Source of the DNA: Cyanobacteria bacterium P01_G01_bin.39
Lineage (GTDB): Bacteria; Cyanobacteriota; Cyanobacteriia; Cyanobacteriales; Xenococcaceae
DNA: 26,265 bases
Direction: 5' to 3'
Assembly (NCBI GenBank): GCA_039180345.1
Contig: JBCDDK010000096.1
Coordinates: 1-26,265, forward strand
Both the position numbers and the translations under genes were made by a program. Each line of letters opens with the position of its first letter. Position 1 is the stretch's first letter. Below the pieces are notes generated by a model, which was not told where the DNA came from, did no database searches, and saw only the letters and a list, made by a program, of their open reading frames with translations. Shown here piece after piece: positions 17,308 through 24,930 of this stretch.

Positions 17308-17742
17308 ATGGCACAGCCAGAAAATAATTGCGATGCGATTGAAGAAAGTACAAAAACTCATGTTTTATCTGAAAAAGAGAGGAAAGTTACAGTTGTTGCT
17401 ATAGTTATATTTTCTCTTCTGATTTTGATTTTACTAGCTTTAATTGCTGAAGCATTAATTAATCAACATCCTGTCTTTGAATTTTTACAATATAATATTT
17501 TCAAAGAGAAGTTGATAATTACAGGTTCAATTTCCTATAACTACGATACAACTGGACAGTATTTACTTAGCATCGAAGACGTTAATGGCAAAACTAGCTT
17601 TAGTTACGATAATCCTTTTGATCCTACTTTGGTCAGTGGCGTTACCAATAGCGATGGGTCAAAACTCAGCCATGACTATGACCATGCAGAACGTTTACAG
17701 CAGATAATTTATGGAGAGAAAGTTAACATTTGTGATGTATAA
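17308..17742 (+). CDS. Chimeric ORF: a novel N-terminus with one TM segment fused to a duplicated YD-repeat fragment of the RHS gene (possible orphan or pseudogene)
   Basis: ATG 17308. Residues YNYDTTGQYLLSIEDVNGKTSFSYDNPFDPTLVSGVTNSDGSKLSHDYDHAERLQQIIYGE parallel RHS residues YHYDETGQYLLSIEDANGTTGFSYNNPFDPTLVSSVNYGDGSKLSYDYDHAGRLQQVIYGE. At the DNA level 17536-17720 matches 18970-19155. Confidence 0.45.
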   Translation: MAQPENNCDAIEESTKTHVLSEKERKVTVVAIVIFSLLILILLALIAEALINQHPVFEFLQYNIFKEKLIITGSISYNYDTTGQYLLSIEDVNGKTSFSYDNPFDPTLVSGVTNSDGSKLSHDYDHAERLQQIIYGEKVNICDV

Positions 17743-17782
17743 ATATTAATAAGTTAGATTTATTACCATACAATTTAATTAT

Positions 17783-18037
17783 TCATATTCTGTTGTTTTT
17801 CTTTGTTATCATTATATACGAAGTAATTCCAACTAATACTACTATCAATATCAGAATCAAGCTAGTGAATAATGCACCATATGTATAGAATAAATTACAT
17901 TCTACTAAAAAACCTTCGCTGTAGAAAAAGCCATTTTTGTTACATTGTATGTATTGCATACAGCCTAATTCCAGAAAGATAAAACTCGATAAACATAGTC
18001 CATAAATTGCTTTTTGTATCTTGTTTAATTTAAACAT
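17783..18037 (-). CDS. Hypothetical small two-TM membrane protein
   Basis: 84 aa starting at ATG 18037, with two hydrophobic segments flanking a loop that contains 4 Cys. The context is very AT-rich with no homology clue, so it could be spurious. Confidence 0.3.
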   Translation of the reverse strand: MFKLNKIQKAIYGLCLSSFIFLELGCMQYIQCNKNGFFYSEGFLVECNLFYTYGALFTSLILILIVVLVGITSYIMITKKNNRI

Positions 18038-18421
18038 TGTTTTTAATTAAAAGTTATTTTCTAAATTAGAAAAATGTTAACTACTAAGTTTTTTTTAAGC
18101 TTAATTTAAGCTTTACATATCTACCATATTTCTAGAAGTCGATACGCTTCTATAGCTTGTTCTTTTTAAAGTAAATCTACTTCATAACTTATAGTTTAAC
18201 AATATCTTCATGAAAATCCTATTCTCTGAAAAATATTTTAAAGCAAAGAAAAAGTTTAGTCTTGGTATATAGCTCGAATACTCAAGTACTGTTAGTTTTG
18301 ATATGTATTCATCTTAAGTCTTATAAAAATAAATAAAGAACCTATATGTAAGAGCAGTAAATCTCTGTTTTAGATATTCATATCTTTTCTAATTTCAAGT
18401 TTTATATATTTTAATTTAACA

Positions 18422-21400
18422 ATGAACTATACTAATTATCCAGCAAACAGCTTGGATGTTTTCGGTTGGAATTTTTCCTTGATTGGTGATATTAAATTAA
18501 CAACTGATAATGACGGTAATGTCTATGTTCTTAACTCAGGAATTGAATCATTATTACCTCAGCAACTTTTAGGTACAGCACTATACAATACTGCTGATTT
18601 ACAATCACCATTAGCAGAATTACAAAGTAATCCCTACAGCGTAAGTTCACAACAGCTTATAAGACCTTATTCCTCTAATAAGCGAATATTTAAACAACAA
18701 GCTGATGGTAGTTATCAGGGTGATAGTGGTACTTTAATTTGGAATGTTGACCATTACGAATTAGTAGAAGCTGACGGTACAACAATTGTTTTTCGTCCTG
18801 ATGGCAAATTAAACTATGTCAAAGACAGTAATGGTTATCGTTTGACGGCTGGTTACACTGGTGATTTACTAACTCAGCTTTCAGCCAGTAACGGAGATAG
18901 TTTTACTTTTGACTATAATTCTGATGGGCGAATTGAAACTGTTACAGACCAAAGAGGACAAACTAATTCTTACCACTATGATGAAACAGGTCAATATTTG
19001 CTAAGCATTGAAGATGCTAACGGTACAACTGGCTTTAGTTACAATAATCCTTTTGATCCAACATTAGTAAGTAGTGTTAACTATGGCGACGGGTCAAAAC
19101 TCAGCTATGACTATGACCATGCAGGACGTTTACAGCAGGTGATTTATGGCGAAGGGAGAGAAGCTTTAGCCTATACCTATAGCTATGACGACAATGGCGG
19201 GGTAACTATAATTAATCCTGATGGTGGGACTAATCAACAACTACGCAACGAACAAGGACAGGTTAGTCAAACAATTGATGCCAATGGACGCATTACTAAC
19301 TATAGTTATGATGCTGCGGGTAATCTGACGGGGATTGATGGCGAGTTGGAATATAGTGCTGGTTTTACCTATGACGATGAAGGTAATATCACCAGTCAGA
19401 CCAATGCTTTGAATCAAACTACTCATTTTACCTATCAAGCACAGACAAATAAGTTAGCTAGTTTTAAAGATGCTCATGGTAATGATGTTCTCTATAGTTA
19501 TAACGGTCGCGGAGATCTCAGCAGAATTACTTATGAAGATGGTACTCAGGATAAGTATTTTTATGATGATCAGGGACTGTTAATTAGATCAGTTAATCGT
19601 CGCGGTCAGAAAATTCGTTACGAATACAATGATAGATATCAAGTTACTAAAGAAACTCACAGCGATGGAAGAATTATTGAATATGAATATGGAGCAAATA
19701 CTGGGCTGCTTACTTCTATCAGTGATAATAATAGAGAAGATCATACCCAATTCAATTATAATCAAGCCGAAAATAAATTTTCTATTATTCATCCTAGCGG
19801 GTTTGTACATAGTTATATTTTCGATAATTTAGGCAGAAAAACTCAAGTTACTATTCAAGATGGTAGAAATATCTTCACCACCAACTACAGCTACGATAGC
19901 TTGGGTAGACTAGACCAATTGACTGACGGCAATGGTAATCTAATCGTTGACTATGACTACCATCCTCTAACTGGACGGTTAGCCAAAGAAACAAACGGTA
20001 ATGGTACATCTACTACTTACAGTTACGACCTTGCAGGACAGTTAATCAGTTTAGTTAACGCTCAAGCCGATGGTACGATTAATTCTCGCTTCGACCATAC
20101 CTACGACAATCTTGGCAGACGTACCGAAGTTAGTACTTTAGATGGAACATGGAGTTATAGCTATGATCTATCAGGACAGTTAACAGGTGCAGTATTCGCT
20201 TCAACTAATCCTGAAATTGATAGTCAAGACTTGACCTATGTTTATGACGCTGCGGGTAATCGGACTCAAACTATTGTTAATGGAGTTACAGAAAACTACA
20301 GCACTAATAATCTCAATCAATATCAATCCGCAGGGACGACTATTTATAACTATGACCTGGATGGTAATTTAACCTCTAAAACTGAAGGTAATAAGACTTG
20401 GGCGTATAGTTATGATGTCAACAATCGTCTGGTTGAAGTTATTGATTCGGATAATAACCTAACCCAATATGAATACGATGCTTTTGGCAACCGCACTGCT
20501 ACTATTTATAATGGTCAGCGGACTGAATACTTGATTGATCCTTTTGGTTACGGGGATGTAATTGCTGAATATGATGGCGATGGTAATCTAATTGCGAACT
20601 ACAATCATGGTATTGGGTTAGTCAGTCGTACTGATGCTAACAACATTCAGGCTTTTTATGACTTTGACGGTACTGGTTCGACAGCCGCTTTAACAGGACA
20701 GGCGGGTGCTGAACTTAATAGCTATGCTTACCGTCCTTTTGGGGAAGACTTCTATGAAGTAGAAACCGTTGATAACTCTTTTGAATACATCGGACAGTGG
20801 GGCGTGACTGAGGAAGTTAATGGTTTAGACTTCATGAGGGCAAGATATTATGACAGTCACAGTGGCAGGTTTGTAGCAAGTGATCCCATTGGTTTGCAGG
20901 GGCAAGATACAAATTTTTATCGTTATGTAAATAATGATCCTGTTAGTTATATCGATCCCGAAGGTACTTTAGCTTTCTTAGCTGCGCCTGTTCTCATTTC
21001 CTTTGGTAGTGCCGCGGGAGGAATCGGGACAGGTCTCTTGTTAACTTGTCTTGGAGGTCAAGGAGGTAGTGCTGCTACGAATGCTCTATTTTTAACTGCT
21101 CTTATCGCAGCGGGAAGTGGCGTTCCAGGAGGCGCACAATTTGGTGCTGGTCTAAAATTTGGAGAATACATTTGCAATGCTAGTGATTCTTTGGCAGAAC
21201 CACCACCCTACGCCGAAGAGGCAGAAGATAGATATGACGATTCACAACCGCCAGTGCCACGACCCGCTTCACCTTTAGTTCTCGACCTAGATGGCGATGG
21301 CATCGAACTTACTGCAGTCAATACCACCAACGTGTTCTTCGATGTGGATAACGATGGTTTCCGCGAAGCAACTGGTTGGGTACAGGCTGATGATGGCTTG

Positions 21401-22840
21401 TTGGTGCTAGACCGTAATAATGACGGTTATATCAACGACAATTCCGAATTATTTGGTAACTTTACTACTAGCGGGTTTGTCGAGTTACGGGTAATTGACG
21501 ATAACGGCGACAGATTTATTGATGCTAACGATAGTAGATTTGCTGACCTACAAGTGTGGCGGGATTTGGATCAAGATGGTCGTTCCGATGCTAATGAACT
21601 TTATTCTTTAGCCGAATTAAATATTACTGGTCTTAACGCCCGTGCTAATCAAGTTAATGTTGTCAATGCTGGCAACATTATTGAAGAAACAACTTTCTAT
21701 CAGCTAGCGGACGGCACCACCAGAGAACTAGCAGATCCTTGGTTCCAGATTAATCAGCTTCATTCTTACTACGACCACAACTCTACTTATAACGAACCTG
21801 TAGTTTTGAATGAAGCAATATTCAAGCTTCCTAACCTCAGAGGCTATGGTCGTTTACCAGACTTACGAATTGCTATGGCAAAAGATGCCCAGTTACAGGG
21901 ATTAGTTCAGTCTTTTAGCGATCAAGTAGCTAGCGGTAATATTGCAGATGGTCTAAACTTAGCTACGTCGATTCTATATCATTGGGCAGGAGTAGAAGAT
22001 ATCGATCCTGACAGTCGCGGGATTAATGTTGATGGTCAAAAACTAAGATTTTTAGAGAAATTTATGGGTCGTAACTGGCGTAATGCCAGTGATGATAACC
22101 TATCAAGTCCATCTTATCGTCAGAAAAGAGATGGTGAAGATTTATTGAATCCACTGTTATCACAATTAGAAACTAGACTGCTAGTTCAGGCAGTTGACTC
22201 TCCTGTTAATTACAACACAGTAACTGAAAGCTATGTTTTCAATGGTTCAATTACTGAAGCTGCTAGTCAATTTAATCAACTTATTGCTCAATCTAGGATT
22301 ATCTACAGTCCAGAAACAGAACTCAAGGCACTGGCATTGGCTCAATATATTCGTCAAGAAGGTGAAGATACCAACGGGATATTTGGTGATGCTGGTAATG
22401 ACTACTTGAGTGATTATACTTCTGAAGCAGCAAAATTATATGGCTTTATGGGTGATGATAATTTAGCTACTGGTATGGGCAATGACTACTTATTTGCGGG
22501 TTTAGGTAATGATTATTTAACATCAGGTTCAGGAGAAGATACCCTCTACGCTCAAGCAGGAGACGACACTCTCATAGGTGGAACAGGTAACGATATTTAC
22601 TATGGTGGTGCTGGCAATGATTTAATTGAAGATATTTTAAGTAATAATTTCTTCGGTGCTGCTAACAATCCTGACAACGATACAGTAGATGGTGGTTCTG
22701 GCAATGATACCCTCATTGGTGGCAGAGGCAATGATCTCTACATCTTTAATCAGGGCTATGGTAACGATGTAATTTTAGATTATAGTGAACATTCCTATGG
22801 ACCCTTTGTTCCTAATGCTATTACAAGTGTCAGATATTGA
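18422..22840 (+). CDS. RHS/YD-repeat protein with a non-enzymatic-looking C-terminal region containing calcium-binding and RTX repeats
   Basis: It contains dozens of YD repeats (YxYDxxGxL...). The canonical RHS core end is RYYDSHSGRFVASDPIGLQG...NFYRYVNNDPVSYIDPEGT, with DPEG at aa 845-848 (nt 20954-20965). The remaining 624 aa comprise a Gly-rich hydrophobic stretch, a Pro-rich linker, five DxDxDG-type loops and GGxGxD nonapeptide repeats. Confidence 0.9.
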   Translation: MNYTNYPANSLDVFGWNFSLIGDIKLTTDNDGNVYVLNSGIESLLPQQLLGTALYNTADLQSPLAELQSNPYSVSSQQLIRPYSSNKRIFKQQADGSYQGDSGTLIWNVDHYELVEADGTTIVFRPDGKLNYVKDSNGYRLTAGYTGDLLTQLSASNGDSFTFDYNSDGRIETVTDQRGQTNSYHYDETGQYLLSIEDANGTTGFSYNNPFDPTLVSSVNYGDGSKLSYDYDHAGRLQQVIYGEGREALAYTYSYDDNGGVTIINPDGGTNQQLRNEQGQVSQTIDANGRITNYSYDAAGNLTGIDGELEYSAGFTYDDEGNITSQTNALNQTTHFTYQAQTNKLASFKDAHGNDVLYSYNGRGDLSRITYEDGTQDKYFYDDQGLLIRSVNRRGQKIRYEYNDRYQVTKETHSDGRIIEYEYGANTGLLTSISDNNREDHTQFNYNQAENKFSIIHPSGFVHSYIFDNLGRKTQVTIQDGRNIFTTNYSYDSLGRLDQLTDGNGNLIVDYDYHPLTGRLAKETNGNGTSTTYSYDLAGQLISLVNAQADGTINSRFDHTYDNLGRRTEVSTLDGTWSYSYDLSGQLTGAVFASTNPEIDSQDLTYVYDAAGNRTQTIVNGVTENYSTNNLNQYQSAGTTIYNYDLDGNLTSKTEGNKTWAYSYDVNNRLVEVIDSDNNLTQYEYDAFGNRTATIYNGQRTEYLIDPFGYGDVIAEYDGDGNLIANYNHGIGLVSRTDANNIQAFYDFDGTGSTAALTGQAGAELNSYAYRPFGEDFYEVETVDNSFEYIGQWGVTEEVNGLDFMRARYYDSHSGRFVASDPIGLQGQDTNFYRYVNNDPVSYIDPEGTLAFLAAPVLISFGSAAGGIGTGLLLTCLGGQGGSAATNALFLTALIAAGSGVPGGAQFGAGLKFGEYICNASDSLAEPPPYAEEAEDRYDDSQPPVPRPASPLVLDLDGDGIELTAVNTTNVFFDVDNDGFREATGWVQADDGLLVLDRNNDGYINDNSELFGNFTTSGFVELRVIDDNGDRFIDANDSRFADLQVWRDLDQDGRSDANELYSLAELNITGLNARANQVNVVNAGNIIEETTFYQLADGTTRELADPWFQINQLHSYYDHNSTYNEPVVLNEAIFKLPNLRGYGRLPDLRIAMAKDAQLQGLVQSFSDQVASGNIADGLNLATSILYHWAGVEDIDPDSRGINVDGQKLRFLEKFMGRNWRNASDDNLSSPSYRQKRDGEDLLNPLLSQLETRLLVQAVDSPVNYNTVTESYVFNGSITEAASQFNQLIAQSRIIYSPETELKALALAQYIRQEGEDTNGIFGDAGNDYLSDYTSEAAKLYGFMGDDNLATGMGNDYLFAGLGNDYLTSGSGEDTLYAQAGDDTLIGGTGNDIYYGGAGNDLIEDILSNNFFGAANNPDNDTVDGGSGNDTLIGGRGNDLYIFNQGYGNDVILDYSEHSYGPFVPNAITSVRY

Positions 22841-23351
22841 TTTTGCTGCTGAGTTTGATCATAAGCCAGTAGTTCTAAGTCAAGTACAAACCCAGAATGG
22901 AGATCAATTTGTTCGTACACGTCAAAACCAGGCTAGTGTTGATGGTTTTAGTCTATCTTTGGAAGAAGAAGAGGCGCTCAAAAATTCGGGTCATGCCACT
23001 GAAACCGTCGGTTGGTTGGCAATCGAAGCAGGAAAGGGTGATTGGGGTGAGTTGAACTACCAAGCAGGACATACAGGTAGACGAGTAGATCATCGTCCAG
23101 CAAAGATTAATTTTAGTCAGGAGTTTAATGAGCAACCTTCTTTATTTGCCTCTGTGGCAAGTTTTTATGGTGGTGATGCTGTGGGATTGCGCTATCAGAA
23201 CATTAGTTCAACTCAAGCAGAAATTTTGTTAGAAGAAGATCAAAGCTGGGATAGTGAAATCGGTCACACGGAAGAAATAGTAGACTTCCTCGCTATTGCA
23301 GGTAGTGGAGATCTCATAGCTACTGTGTATGAATCCGCTCAATTGATTTAG
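22785..23351 (+). CDS. Overlapping ORF encoding a tandemly duplicated beta-rich domain: either the frameshifted C-terminus of the RHS/RTX protein or a separate gene
   Basis: The frame is open from 22779, with candidate starts GTG 22785 and ATG 22797. It overlaps the RHS 3' end by 44-56 nt. Two homologous halves end in GHATETVGWLAIEAGKGD and GHTEEIVDFLAIAGSGD. Confidence 0.55.
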   Translation: MNIPMDPLFLMLLQVSDIDFAAEFDHKPVVLSQVQTQNGDQFVRTRQNQASVDGFSLSLEEEEALKNSGHATETVGWLAIEAGKGDWGELNYQAGHTGRRVDHRPAKINFSQEFNEQPSLFASVASFYGGDAVGLRYQNISSTQAEILLEEDQSWDSEIGHTEEIVDFLAIAGSGDLIATVYESAQLI

Positions 23352-23668
23352 CAACCTGGTTGGGAACAAGTTTAATTTCAGACAGTTGTAGAAATTAATT
23401 TTCTGTTGAGCTAAATTTTGATTCTTAAGTCAAATAATTCTTCTACAGGGATACAAGCATTAATCGCAATGCAAAATTATCCCTTTCCAAAACAAAGTAC
23501 TCTGATTTTTAATTCACAATAGACGTGATAAAGCTAATTTAATTACCAGCTAGATTTAGCATTTATGGTTTTTTTCTTAATTGAACATTCGTCAGGGATA
23601 AAAACTGCTTAGATATATAGAGGCGGTTTATTCAGCTTATTACTAAACAATTATCATAGTTAAAATTA

Positions 23669-24928
23669 ATGTCTCCTAATTCCACTATAGCTATTCCTAA
23701 CTTACATCGCTCAGTGTTAAAGAATGGCATTACCCTGATAGTCGTTGAAAATCAAGCCGCCGATATCATTTCAGGACGCTTCTTTTTCAAAGATGCAGGT
23801 ACAATTGTCGAGCATTGCCAACAGGCAGGATTAGCTCATCTGGTGTCAACGGTAATTACCAAAGGAACCGAGAATTTATCGGCTTTAGAAATTGCCGAAC
23901 AAGTGGAGTCTATTGGTGCAGGCTTGGGCGCGGACACTTCAACCGATTACTTTTCCCTAAGCCTCAAGACAGTCTCGTCAGATTTTCCTCCAATGTTAAA
24001 GCTGCTGGGAGAAATTATGCGATCGCCAACTTTTCCTACTGGGGAAGTAGAATTGGAGCGTAAGCTAACTTTAGAGGGAATTCGCTCTCAAAGAGAACAG
24101 CCTTTTAACGTGGCGTTTAATCAACTGCGGCAACAGATGTATCCCAACCATCCCTATGGAATTTCAATTTTGGGTACTGAAGCCAGCGTTGGCACCTTAA
24201 CCGCAGAAGATCTACAACAATATCATCGTACTTACTTTCGCCCCGATAATTTGGTAATTAGTCTTTCAGGAAGAATCACTCAAGAGCAAGCATCAAGTTT
24301 AGTTTTAGAGGTATTTGGAGATTGGCAGCAACCTGAGCAACCTTGTCCTGTTACCAAGCTTAATTCACTCGTGTCTGCACCATCCCAGCAGCAAATCATT
24401 CAGGATACTCAACAGTCAATTGTCATGCTGGGTTATTTGGGAACCAAAGTCAATCTGGAGGATTATCCAGTCTTAAAGTTAATCAGTACTTACTTGGGTA
24501 ACGGGCTTTCCAGCCGTTTGTTTGTCGAATTAAGAGAAAAAAGAGGATTAGCTTATGATATTTCGGCATTCTTCCCCACTCGTTTAGATATAGCGCCTTT
24601 TATTACCTATATGGGGACAGCACCGATTAATACCGAAGTGGCAATTGAAGGTTTAAGCTCAGAAGTAGCCCGTTTAACGACTCAAACCTTGACAGAATCG
24701 GAATTACAGGGAGCAAAAAATAAACTTTTGGGTCAATATGCCCTGGGAAAACAAACTAATGGCGAAATTGCTCAAACTTATGGCTGGTATGAAACTTTAG
24801 GGCTGGGAATCGAGTTTGACCAACTATTCCAAGATCAGATTCCTCCCATCACTCCCGATAGGATAATGTCAGTGGCAAATAAATATTTAAGCCAGCCTTA
24901 CATTTCAATTGTCAAACCTGAAAGTTAA
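23669..24928 (+). CDS. M16 (pitrilysin/insulinase) family peptidase homologue, non-catalytic type
   Basis: 419 aa with a typical M16 N-terminal domain (GLAHLVSTVITKGTE ... IESIGAGLGADTSTDYF). The zinc motif HxxEH is replaced by HLVST. A RGLAYD motif is present in the second domain. Confidence 0.8.
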   Translation: MSPNSTIAIPNLHRSVLKNGITLIVVENQAADIISGRFFFKDAGTIVEHCQQAGLAHLVSTVITKGTENLSALEIAEQVESIGAGLGADTSTDYFSLSLKTVSSDFPPMLKLLGEIMRSPTFPTGEVELERKLTLEGIRSQREQPFNVAFNQLRQQMYPNHPYGISILGTEASVGTLTAEDLQQYHRTYFRPDNLVISLSGRITQEQASSLVLEVFGDWQQPEQPCPVTKLNSLVSAPSQQQIIQDTQQSIVMLGYLGTKVNLEDYPVLKLISTYLGNGLSSRLFVELREKRGLAYDISAFFPTRLDIAPFITYMGTAPINTEVAIEGLSSEVARLTTQTLTESELQGAKNKLLGQYALGKQTNGEIAQTYGWYETLGLGIEFDQLFQDQIPPITPDRIMSVANKYLSQPYISIVKPES

Positions 24929-24930
24929 AC

